Shown here: piece after piece, positions 48,133-57,600 of the stretch
Numbering within the stretch: position 1 is the stretch's first letter
How the letters are laid out: each line of letters opens with the position of its first letter
DNA from: Candidatus Omnitrophota bacterium
GTDB lineage: Bacteria > Omnitrophota > Gorgyraeia > Duberdicusellales > 4484-171
Assembly (NCBI GenBank): GCA_024231025.1
Contig: JAAEQW010000256.1
Coordinates: 2,954-66,953 of the forward strand
DNA: 64,000 bases
Direction: 5' to 3'
The notes under the pieces: generated by a model
Databases searched by the model: none
Seen by the model: only the letters and a program-made list of their open reading frames with translations
What the model was told of the DNA's origin: nothing
Made by a program: the position numbers and the translations under genes

Positions 48133-48852
48133 ATGAAAGCACTTATATCAACTTTACTAATTTTTTTTGCAGTTACTTTTAATTCCTTTTGTGCCCAAGA
48201 AGGCATCAAGGCGCGTTTTGAAGGGAAAGATACCTTAACTTATTCTGTTTATTTTAATGGATTTTTTTCTGGCAAAATTAAATGGGTTTATGTCGGCACC
48301 CAAAAAATTTCCGGTAAACAAGTTGATGTGCTGCATCTTGATTCCGACACTAAGATTTTTTCTTTTTTGGACATGACAAGCAAAGAGAAGATTTTCCTCG
48401 ATAGTCAAACTCACTTGCCGATCAAAGTCCAACGGGATATTGTGCTATTTGGCAAAGACGAAAAAATCGAGGAATTTTACAATCAAGATGAGGGCTTTGT
48501 AAGAATAACTCGCAGTACCGCGCAAGAAGTTCCACAGGAGATATTACGCCAAGACGCCCCAATTCATAATATTCTGGCACTGCTTTACTTTTTTCCTAGC
48601 GATGTTGATTTAGATAAAAAAAATAAAGCAGTTTACAATCTTCCTACACGTAAGGTGACAATTACAACTAGAGGCACGCGCAAGCTGCGCCTTGGCAAAG
48701 AAAAGGTAGAAGCTTATTTTCTTGTTGGTAAAGGGGCAAAGAGATTTAATCTTTGGCTGGATAAAAAACGCAAAACCCCTCTGCGTTTAGAGTTTTTATT
48801 TCCGGTTGGAAAAGTGACCATTGTTAAAGATTTACTCAATGAGCAAGAGTGA
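48133..48852 (+). CDS. Exported beta-rich protein (DUF3108-like)
   Basis: Signal peptide; LTYSV..G, D..THLP and LWLD...PLRL pattern. Confidence 0.65.
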   Translation: MKALISTLLIFFAVTFNSFCAQEGIKARFEGKDTLTYSVYFNGFFSGKIKWVYVGTQKISGKQVDVLHLDSDTKIFSFLDMTSKEKIFLDSQTHLPIKVQRDIVLFGKDEKIEEFYNQDEGFVRITRSTAQEVPQEILRQDAPIHNILALLYFFPSDVDLDKKNKAVYNLPTRKVTITTRGTRKLRLGKEKVEAYFLVGKGAKRFNLWLDKKRKTPLRLEFLFPVGKVTIVKDLLNEQE

Positions 48853-49854
48853 GTTTTTACCGCCAAAAGGGTCTTTTTCAGTTAATTTGTTATAAGGGTC
48901 AATTACCCATGAGTCACCGGCAACAAATTTGTAACGGTATTCACCTTTACTGAGAGGAAGATTTATACTCCAAATATCATTGCCAATCTTTTTTAACTTA
49001 TAGCTATTGTTCTTTTGCCATCCGTTAAAGTCACCCACAACATATACGTCAGACAAGTCTTTATCGCGATAAAATAGTGGAGCCCAGCTGGCTAAGCGGG
49101 TCATTGCCTCTATTTCATCGGTGAGGTTTTTGTAATCTTGCCCACCGCGAGAATCCGCTTTGTATTGGAAAATATCTTTTCCCGATGAAGCAGCTTCTCT
49201 TAAATGAACATTTGCCCTTATTGATGTTTTCAGTAAAAGATCGCCCAGATGTTTTTGCACTCGTTCCATAAATTCTTTAACAAAACGAGAACGCTTATCT
49301 ACCTGGGTAAATAAGTAAAAAGGTGCCGGAGCATGCCCTTGGAATTCTTTAAGCATAATTAATATGTTTTTAAGGATCTCTATCCCTCGTAAAGAAAAGT
49401 CACAGGTGCCGATCGGCACAAGAGAGTACTTACTCGCGGCCAGGGCGTTTAATGTGATCATTCCCAAATTAGGGGGACAATCTAATATGCAGTAGTCAAA
49501 ATCAGATGATATTTTTTTTAAAAGAGAAGAAAGTAGGGTAAATCGATCATCTCTTTTTAACAGCTCCTGTTCCATTGTTGCCAATCCAAGAGATGACGCG
49601 ATGAAGTAAAAGTTATCCGATACGGTGTCGTATAGCTTATCATCGGGATACAAATCGTCATGACAGAGTTTTACTAAGGCATCGGTTATTGTGTAGGTAT
49701 TATCTTTGTTAAGAGAGAAAGTGGCGTGTGCCTGTGGGTCAAGATCGATAAGCAATGTTTTGTGGCCCTTCTTGCTTAAGCCAGCGGCTAAATTTACAGC
49801 AGTGATAGTTTTGCCACAGCCACCTTTTTGGTTGATCACCGAAATTGTTTTCAT
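48832..49854 (-). CDS. ParA/Soj-family ATPase fused to a C-terminal CBM48/AMPK-beta glycogen-binding domain
   Basis: NQKGGCGKT, IDLDPQ, DCPPNLG; C-terminal VYVVGDFNGW..GEYRYKF..W..DP..FGGKNS. Confidence 0.92.
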   Translation of the reverse strand: MKTISVINQKGGCGKTITAVNLAAGLSKKGHKTLLIDLDPQAHATFSLNKDNTYTITDALVKLCHDDLYPDDKLYDTVSDNFYFIASSLGLATMEQELLKRDDRFTLLSSLLKKISSDFDYCILDCPPNLGMITLNALAASKYSLVPIGTCDFSLRGIEILKNILIMLKEFQGHAPAPFYLFTQVDKRSRFVKEFMERVQKHLGDLLLKTSIRANVHLREAASSGKDIFQYKADSRGGQDYKNLTDEIEAMTRLASWAPLFYRDKDLSDVYVVGDFNGWQKNNSYKLKKIGNDIWSINLPLSKGEYRYKFVAGDSWVIDPYNKLTEKDPFGGKNSLLLIE

Positions 49855-49866
49855 TTACTCCCCCTT

Positions 49867-50529
49867 TTAAGTAGGTAAATTTTCTTCTAAAAAAATATCT
49901 TTCATTAAAACCCAATTTTGGGTTTTGTTTTCAGGATAGAAATAAATAGTAACTTGATTTACCTTGTGTAAGTTTGTATTTTGTAAATCAACTTTTTTAA
50001 ACTCTATAGGAATTTTTGTAAAAGAACGAGTTTCTTTGGTGATAGTCATTTGCAGTGGATTCTTTGAGTTAGAGAAAAATCGATTATCTTTTGCTACAAC
50101 ATCTATTTTAAAGGGAAAATCACCTTTTTTCAAGCGGATAAAAAGTGATCTTTCTTTAAGGTTTACAGGTTTTTTAAACCTTATTTTTAGGCCTATTTTC
50201 TCATTGTTAGTGACGGCAAAGTAAATTGCCGATGATTTTTTCTCTACATTGCCGATGAATTCAATTTTGGCTAGTGCATGATTAACTAGAAGTGATGTTT
50301 TTGCTAGCTTAGTTAGGGGGGCTTTTCTATTTAAAACTATAAGTTCGTATTTTGAATGCAAAAAATATATACCGACGACTAAAGTGATCGTGCCCAAAAT
50401 GATAGCGGATATTAGAAGAATAGGTTTTTTGTGTTTCTTTTCTTCCTTAGGTGGGGTGAAAAAAGTTTTTTTTATTCTTTGTGAGTCCAAATAGCTATAG
50501 GCTACGGTTGCGCTGGTGCGTTTTTTCAT
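49867..50529 (-). CDS. Single-TM protein with basic N-terminal peptide and C-terminal beta-sandwich-like domain
   Basis: TM ILLISAIILGTITLVVGIYFL; C-terminal pattern resembles CBM11/CIA30 folds; 12 nt upstream of the parA-CBM48 gene. Confidence 0.7.
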   Translation of the reverse strand: MKKRTSATVAYSYLDSQRIKKTFFTPPKEEKKHKKPILLISAIILGTITLVVGIYFLHSKYELIVLNRKAPLTKLAKTSLLVNHALAKIEFIGNVEKKSSAIYFAVTNNEKIGLKIRFKKPVNLKERSLFIRLKKGDFPFKIDVVAKDNRFFSNSKNPLQMTITKETRSFTKIPIEFKKVDLQNTNLHKVNQVTIYFYPENKTQNWVLMKDIFLEENLPT

Positions 50530-50620
50530 AGAGGTATATTAGCATTGAATTTTGCAGAAATCAACTATATAATTAGGCATATACGTGCGTTGCGTGTAAG
50601 GGGCAGATTGGATTTTTATC

Positions 50621-51625
50621 ATGAAACAGGCATTATTCTATAAAAAGAAAAACGATGACATTTTAGAGTGTTATTTGTGCGCTCACAACTGCTTGATTGC
50701 TGATTCGAAAACAGGGTTGTGCGGAGTCCGCAAAAACATTGAGGGAGTTCTGTATAGTTTAAATTACGCAAAGGTTGTTGCTGCTGCTATTGATCCTATT
50801 GAGAAGAAACCTCTTTTTCATTTTTTGCCAAAAAGCCTGGCCTATTCGATAGCTTGTGTTGGTTGTAATTTTCGGTGTGGGTTTTGTCAGAATTGGCAGA
50901 TTTCACAAACAAAAGAGATAAGAGGTAATTGTTACAATTTAACAGTGGAAAAAATAGTAAAGAATGCAGTAGACAATAAATGCTCTAGCATTGCTTACAC
51001 TTACACCGAACCTACCGTTTACTTTGAATTTGCTTATGATTGTTGCAAGCTTGCAAAAGAAAATAAGCTTTCTAACGTTTTTGTTACGAATGGTTATACT
51101 GGCAAAAGCGCAATAGAGAGGATTGCGCCTTTTCTTGATGCGGCTAATATTGATTTGAAATCATTTAGCAATGATTTTTATCAAAAAACATGCAAAGCGT
51201 CATTGGCCCCAGTGTTAGATACAATTACCCTTATGAAGCAGTTAGGCGTTTGGGTTGAGATAACAACCTTAATCGTTCCGGGCCTTAATGATAGTAGCGA
51301 AGAACTGTCTGATATTGCATCTTTTATTGCAAATTTAGATAAAAATATACCGTGGCATATTTCTCGTTTTCATCCGGATTATAAGTTTTCGCAATCGGAG
51401 GCGACCCCGTTAGCTACGCTAAATCGTGCCTTTGATATTGGCAAAAAGAAAGGGTTAAATTTTATTTATATCGGTAATATTATCGCTAGTAATAAGCAAA
51501 ATACTTATTGTTCGAATTGTCGTGAATCACTTATAGAGAGGGTTGGTTTTTCAGTTGTAGAAAACAATTTAGAGGGTGATAAGTGTAAATATTGCTCAAA
51601 TCTTGTTGCCGGAATTTGGGAATAG
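50621..51625 (+). CDS. amrS: AmmeMemoRadiSam system radical SAM enzyme
   Basis: DPIEKKPLFHF, GCNFRCGFCQNWQIS, YTYTEP and HISRFHP motifs. Confidence 0.92.
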   Translation: MKQALFYKKKNDDILECYLCAHNCLIADSKTGLCGVRKNIEGVLYSLNYAKVVAAAIDPIEKKPLFHFLPKSLAYSIACVGCNFRCGFCQNWQISQTKEIRGNCYNLTVEKIVKNAVDNKCSSIAYTYTEPTVYFEFAYDCCKLAKENKLSNVFVTNGYTGKSAIERIAPFLDAANIDLKSFSNDFYQKTCKASLAPVLDTITLMKQLGVWVEITTLIVPGLNDSSEELSDIASFIANLDKNIPWHISRFHPDYKFSQSEATPLATLNRAFDIGKKKGLNFIYIGNIIASNKQNTYCSNCRESLIERVGFSVVENNLEGDKCKYCSNLVAGIWE

Positions 51626-51660
51626 ACAGGTTTAAGATATATGCTACAATATTTTTTGTT

Positions 51661-52551
51661 ATGGCAATAAATATTCATCCTAAAGCAGTTGTTAGCAAGG
51701 CCGCTATCTTAGAAGACGGGGTATCAGTGGGGCCTTACTCAGTAATTGATGATGGCGTAACCCTCGGTAAAAATGTTTGTGTTAATGCCCATGCTCATGT
51801 TAAGGGTAATACTTATATTGGAGAGGGCAGCTTTATCGGCAGTGGTGCGGTTTTAGGCGAGGCGCCTCAGTCAGTGGGGGCAACAGGGGGCGGTAAGTTG
51901 CGGATTGGTAAGAATAACATCATCAGAGAGTATGTTACGATACACAGCTCCCTTTCTAAGGATACATCTACTATTTTGGGTGATGATAATTTTTTGATGA
52001 TTTTCTCTCATATTGGTCATGATTGCAAAATCGCAAATAATGTTATAACTTGCCCGGGAGCGCTGGTTGGTGGACACGTTGAATTGAGCGATCGGGTGTT
52101 TATTTCCGGCGGAGTAGCAGTGCACCAATTTGCTAGAATAGGCAGAGGAGCGATGATTAGCGGGCTTGCACGGGTAAATCAGGATGTGCCTCCGTTTATG
52201 CTGGTTGTTGGTGACTCACGCGTTTGGGGCATTAATGTTCTTGGGGCGAAGAGGGCAAAACTTAACAGTAGCGATTTAAAAGAGTTAAAAAAAGCCTACA
52301 CTATAATTTATCGTAAAAAACTTTCAATTACCAACGCGTTAAAAGAACTTGAAAATTCAACATCAGAGGTTGTTAAAGAGATAATCATCTTTATTTTAGC
52401 TTCGAAAAGAGGGGTGTGCGGCCCAAAAAGAAATAGTTTTCTTGAAAGAATGTTTTTAGATTACCCGTATCTGCTTAGATCAAAACTTCCCGCATTTAAA
52501 GCTTTTGCCAAAGAAGAAAAACTACGTAAGCGTCTTAGTTGCAAGCGATAA
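51661..52551 (+). CDS. lpxA: UDP-N-acetylglucosamine acyltransferase
   Basis: Hexapeptide repeats, IREYVTIH, HIGHDC, VHQF and DVPPF motifs. Confidence 0.9.
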   Translation: MAINIHPKAVVSKAAILEDGVSVGPYSVIDDGVTLGKNVCVNAHAHVKGNTYIGEGSFIGSGAVLGEAPQSVGATGGGKLRIGKNNIIREYVTIHSSLSKDTSTILGDDNFLMIFSHIGHDCKIANNVITCPGALVGGHVELSDRVFISGGVAVHQFARIGRGAMISGLARVNQDVPPFMLVVGDSRVWGINVLGAKRAKLNSSDLKELKKAYTIIYRKKLSITNALKELENSTSEVVKEIIIFILASKRGVCGPKRNSFLERMFLDYPYLLRSKLPAFKAFAKEEKLRKRLSCKR

Positions 52552-52584
52552 TGGTTGAGTTTGTGCTATACCTAGAAATTGGCT

Positions 52585-52640
52585 AATTATAAGGATTGCA
52601 ATTCCTTATAATTGACAAAATTCAAGGAATATGGTACTAT
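52585..52640 (+). promoter_or_regulatory. Inverted repeat abutting the promoter of the AAA/DUF4143 gene
   Basis: aattataagga-N7-tccttataatt, then TTGACA-17-TACTAT. Confidence 0.65.
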
Positions 52641-52646
52641 AAAGGC

Positions 52647-53774
52647 GTGAATATACCAAGAATTTACGATGATTTAAATAAATACCTAAAGCCTAACAAG
52701 GCTTTAATCCTGTATGGATCTCGACAAGTTGGCAAGACCACTCTTTTAAATAAGTTTCTTTCGCAAACCTCATATAGATATAAACTAGATTCTGGTGATA
52801 ATATAAAGACACAAAATGTTTTAGGCTCAAGAGATTTTGCCTTAATTAAAGAGTATGCTCAAGGGTATGACTTGATTGCCGTTGATGAGGCTCAAAAAAT
52901 ACCTAGCGTAGGGACGGGGATTAAAATTATTGTTGACCAAATGCCGGGAGTAATGGTTATTGCTACCGGATCCTCTTCATTCGAGTTAGCTGGACAAATT
53001 GGTGAACCGCTTACCGGAAGGAAAAATACGTTAGCTTTGTATCCGATTTCTCAACTTGAGTTAATAAAGCTGCATAATCGATGTGAATTAAAAGACAGAC
53101 TCGAAGACTTTTTAGTTTTCGGTGCATATCCAGAGGTTGTAACTGCAGAAAGTAAAATCGATAAGATACGGATTATTGAAGAAATAAGCCAATCCTACCT
53201 ATTTAAAGATATCTTACAGTTAGACAAAATACGAAATTCGAAAATACTTTTAGACTTAGTTCGTTTGCTTGCTTTTCAAATTGGGAATGAAGTGTCTCTT
53301 AGCGAGATCGCTAAACAACTAGGAATCGATTATAAAACAGTTGGTCGCTATCTCGACTTACTTGAGAAATCGTTCATTATATATAATTTGCGTGGATTTA
53401 GTAGAAATCTTAGGAGTGAAATAATTAAAAAAAGTAAATATTATTTTATCGATAATGGTATACGGAATGCTATTATTTCTAATTTTAATAGCTTAGAGTT
53501 GCGTAATGATATAGGGGCGCTGTGGGAGAATTTTTTGTTTATCGAGAGATTAAAAAAGCGTACGTATAAGAATATATACGCAAATAATTATTTTTGGCGA
53601 ACATGGACACAAAAAGAAATAGACTTGGTTGAGGAACGAGACGGAAAATTATTTGCTTTCGAATTTAAATGGGGAAAAACTAGAGTAAAGCCACCTAAAG
53701 ATTGGGTTCAAGCTTATCCCGAATCAGAATTTATGGTTATTAATCAAGAAAACTACCTCGATTTTATAACCTAA
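52647..53774 (+). CDS. AAA_14 ATPase with DUF4143 domain
   Basis: GSRQVGKTT, DEAQ, TGSSS, KYYFIDNG, GALWEN and EIDLV..FEFK motifs. Confidence 0.92.
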   Translation: MNIPRIYDDLNKYLKPNKALILYGSRQVGKTTLLNKFLSQTSYRYKLDSGDNIKTQNVLGSRDFALIKEYAQGYDLIAVDEAQKIPSVGTGIKIIVDQMPGVMVIATGSSSFELAGQIGEPLTGRKNTLALYPISQLELIKLHNRCELKDRLEDFLVFGAYPEVVTAESKIDKIRIIEEISQSYLFKDILQLDKIRNSKILLDLVRLLAFQIGNEVSLSEIAKQLGIDYKTVGRYLDLLEKSFIIYNLRGFSRNLRSEIIKKSKYYFIDNGIRNAIISNFNSLELRNDIGALWENFLFIERLKKRTYKNIYANNYFWRTWTQKEIDLVEERDGKLFAFEFKWGKTRVKPPKDWVQAYPESEFMVINQENYLDFIT

Positions 53775-53797
53775 AACTACTAGTTGCTATGTGTTGA

Positions 53798-54562
53798 TTA
53801 TGTTGTTTTAGTTGCAAAAACTAACCATCCGGTGTGTGAAGGCATTGTTTGCTCGGGGCGAGTTTTACCGCGGCGAACAAGAATTCTGCGAACCAATACT
53901 TCAATTGTTTCGATATTAACAAAACCTTTATCTTCTAAGGCAAAAACAGTTTTGGTAAGCTGATCAAACGTTGGGCAAATTGTTGCAAGTTGACACCCTC
54001 CCTTTAAGGATTTATGCGCAGCATCAATTAGGGCCCACTGGCTTCCGATGTCAATCATTACAAAGTCTACTTCTTTTTGTGGATACTCATCAAATATTTC
54101 TTGATGGTTAAATTCAACCCATTCACTTAAACCGTTTTTTTCCAGGTTTTTTTTAGCATTCTGTAAAAACTCTTCGTTTCTTTCGTAGCTGTAAACTTTG
54201 CCGGTGGGTCTTACAAAATTAGCTAGTGCTGTGGTTAACGCGCCTGATCCAATACCGGATTCAATGACGTTTGCGCCGGGAAAAATCTGACCCCGAGTTA
54301 AAATTAAGCCAATATCTTTTGGATAAATAATTTGGGTTTGGCGTTTTACCTTCATTATTTTTTCGTGCAGAGTTGGCTTAAGCAGGTAGAAGTCATCACC
54401 CAAATTGGTGCTTACTTTTTCACCGAAATCCTTGCCAATAAAGGCGCTCATATCCAAAAATCCTTTATCAGTATGCAGACGTCCGCCCTGCACCTTTATC
54501 AGAAAGTTTCTGCGATGGTCGTGATACACCAAAACTAAATCACCCGCCTCAATCATGCTCAT
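53798..54562 (-). CDS. trmI: tRNA (adenine58-N1)-methyltransferase
   Basis: RQTQIIYPKD, ESGIGSGALT and HTGWL motifs. Confidence 0.92.
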   Translation of the reverse strand: MSMIEAGDLVLVYHDHRRNFLIKVQGGRLHTDKGFLDMSAFIGKDFGEKVSTNLGDDFYLLKPTLHEKIMKVKRQTQIIYPKDIGLILTRGQIFPGANVIESGIGSGALTTALANFVRPTGKVYSYERNEEFLQNAKKNLEKNGLSEWVEFNHQEIFDEYPQKEVDFVMIDIGSQWALIDAAHKSLKGGCQLATICPTFDQLTKTVFALEDKGFVNIETIEVLVRRILVRRGKTRPEQTMPSHTGWLVFATKTT

Positions 54563-54574
54563 AATATACCAGTT

Positions 54575-54605
54575 TAAATAATTCTTGCAAGAAAATAAGG
54601 TTTGT
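54575..54605. repeat. 31-bp direct repeat, left copy
   Basis: taaataattcttgcaagaaaataaggtttgt, identical to 58966-58996. Confidence 0.92.
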
Positions 54606-54631
54606 TATTAATACAAGGAATAAATTTTTGA

Positions 54632-54663
54632 TGTAGCAGTGTAGTAGTGTAGTAATGTGGTGG
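54632..54663. repeat. Octamer microrepeat downstream of giant gene 2
   Basis: tgtagcag tgtagtag tgtagtaa tgtggtgg. Confidence 0.6.
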
Positions 54664-54667
54664 TAAT

Positions 54668-57600
54668 TTACATCGATAACTTTTTAAATAGATCGGTGAT
54701 TTCCTTTGAACCAAGTATTTTGTAGCCGAATCCGGGAAAATCCTTAATTGTTTGTTCGGAGGCCTTGTAAGTATGGAAGACCTTTAAACCTTTGCCTTTT
54801 ACAGTTATATTGCCTCTATCTGTTAAGTCAACGCCTCCAAGGGTGTCGCGCTCACCTTGATAGTTACTGTCTTGCCCGTATTCCTGTTTGATCCCCTCTA
54901 ATGCATCAGAGGTTGTACTTATGACTTCAACATCAGCCATATTTAAAGTTTTCAACATTTCCTCCAATGTTTCAGAAGAGTTCTCAATGAGAAGAGCCAA
55001 AGCTATATTTGAAATGAGACCCAGATCCTCTAATTCATCTTTCAAATCCCAGGGTGCTTCAGCCGATCCTTGAGCAAGAGATTCACCAAATAAATCAGAT
55101 AAGCGCTCTTCTTCATCGTTATCAATTCCAGAAAGGTCATGACCTTCTTGGCGAAGGTGTCTTATAAAAGCGTGAAATGTTTCATGACCGTCACGAAATC
55201 TCTTAGCAAAGTTAAGATCGATTTCTTTAGGGTCTTTATTAAGGCGCTTGGCTAGTTCAGGTATTTGATCTTCTAATTCTTCGTCGGAGGTGTAAATAGT
55301 TTGTTTACCGGTTGCTAAATTTTCAACCATCCAGCCAAAAGATTTTCCACCAAGCATCAACGGTTTCGCAATAACTTGCATCTGGCGCAGAATTGTTTTA
55401 GCCAGCGCTTTGTTTCCATTGGGGTGACTTTTCATAATTCCTGCTGCTTGAGGGATTGATTCTAAATATTCATGAGAGTAAGCAAAGCGGTATCCTTGGG
55501 CTCTATGAGCATGAGTTGCACCATCTTTAAAGCGGGCGTCTGTGGCTTTTTCAAAAGCAGCATTTATCGGACTGTTATTATAGTTATCCGAGGCTAAAGC
55601 TATTGCGGTGAGTCCGTCAATTACTTCTTTTTGTGCTAGAAGATTATGTATATTTTGTGCGCTTAAAAGTGCACACAATGCCTCAATTACTTTGTCGGCA
55701 CCGTTGTTGTTGTCGATAACATATTGAATTGCCTGAGGTAAAACTTTTTTTGCTGAATCTAGAGTATCAGATCCACCGTGTTTGCCACGTAGAAGATGTG
55801 AAAGAGCAATAGCAATATCCTCACTACCCCCTCGGATAATTGAATATGCATCATCGCTGGCAAGAAGATATCTTACTTCTTCTTCGCGGGTTTCCGGTTG
55901 CCAGCCTATTGCTTTAAGGCCTTGGGCAGAATTGAGACCAAAATTTTTGCTCTGATTACCTAATCCATGGCTTAGGGTTGAGGTGACGACGGCTCCAACG
56001 TCGTTAGGAAGACTCTTTTTTTGTGTTTTAGCTAGGGCAGCGCTAATGTAAAGAATAGCGAATTCTCTTTTTCTATCGTCTTTTTCATAAATAGGACGTC
56101 TGTAAACGTCTTTTCCGGGACCAATAATTTGAGCCAACCCAACAGGATTATGTCTGAGATAATTTTCGTAATCTGTTTCTTCGCCTCGAACGATCTGATA
56201 TAGTAAATCTAATCCACCCGGTACATCATTAATTAACTCCATCAATTTGGCTTCAGTGCTTTCGTCATAAAATATGTACCTATTATCGATGCCGATAGAC
56301 CCTTTGAAAATTTCAATAATTGCTTTTTTAGGGTCGGAAGGTAGCGCTAATGATTCTTTTATTGTGTATCCGGCTAGGGCGAGAGTCGCGGTACCCGCAA
56401 TACCTCCTCCAAGTTTTTTAAGAAAGTCACGTCGCGGCATACTCATGGTGTATGCTTGTTGCCCGGCTGCTCGCAGGCGTTCTTTAGTTTCTGCCATTTC
56501 CGCAGGAGTGCTTGATTTAACGATTATATCAACACCGAATCGCTGCTTGATTATTTTATCCAATTCGTAGGGGTCCTTGTTGTCGCTCAGATTTTGGTTT
56601 TGCAAGTATTCCCAGAGGTCACTTATTAGCGAAAGTCCGTTTTGTGATAAGTGAATGTTAATTTGTGCCTCCAAAGCGCTTATTCTTTCTTCATGTTGGG
56701 GCGGAATCTTATTGCGCCCTAGGGCCCAAGAAATCGCAAAGATGTCGGCTAATTTTTCATTATGTTCAAATCCAATAAGTTCAAAAATGAGGTGAGCGGT
56801 TTCATGACCGTCAATAAAACGAATTGCCATTTCAGGGGTAACCGTTACATCAGTTATTCCCAAACCCTCAAGAAGTTCTTGGAAATCTTGAATATATTCC
56901 TCAATAGTTTTATCGTTATGATGAATTGTTATACTGCCGTCAGCGCCGGGTACAAATAATCCCTGTAGATTGTCATTTAGCATTTTTTCCATCGCCTTTG
57001 TGCCTTCTGATCCAGATGCACCATCATTCTCAACGGGTTCAATAGATATTGATTCATCTGATACCCCTTCGCTGTCTTGAGTCCAGGTAACCTTAACTTG
57101 GCGGCCGCGATACCATGCCAATTGACTTAAAATTCTTTTTTTCTGCTCATCGGAAAGTGCCTCATTCTTTTCAACAGTATCCATAAGTTCTTCAGCTGTA
57201 TCTCTAAAATCAGCGTTGATGGTTACCAATACAATGTGAAATAGAAAAAACCCTGGCTTTGATTCTTCTTCAATCGCTATCGATTCATCTAATACCCCTT
57301 CGCTGCCTTGAGTCCAGGTAATTTTAACTTCATTCTTGCCAAGCTTTTTCAGATTTTCTAATATTATCTCCTTTTGCTTATCAGAAAGTGCCTCATTCTT
57401 TTTGATATCTTCCATAAGTTCTTCAGCTGTGCCTTTAAGATTGGCTTTTATGATCATTATTGGAGAGGTAAATATAACAGCACCTCGCTGATTATTATCT
57501 TCATAGACTACCTCTTGCTCGATGTGTGTTTCTTCTGATAGAGGCAGTGGTTCAATTTTGGCCATGTTTTTTGGGGTTGAAGCACAGGCGATTTCCAGTC

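Noticed and set aside
52908-52930. gtagggacgggg as another in-frame REP
   Set aside because: No complementary arm follows.
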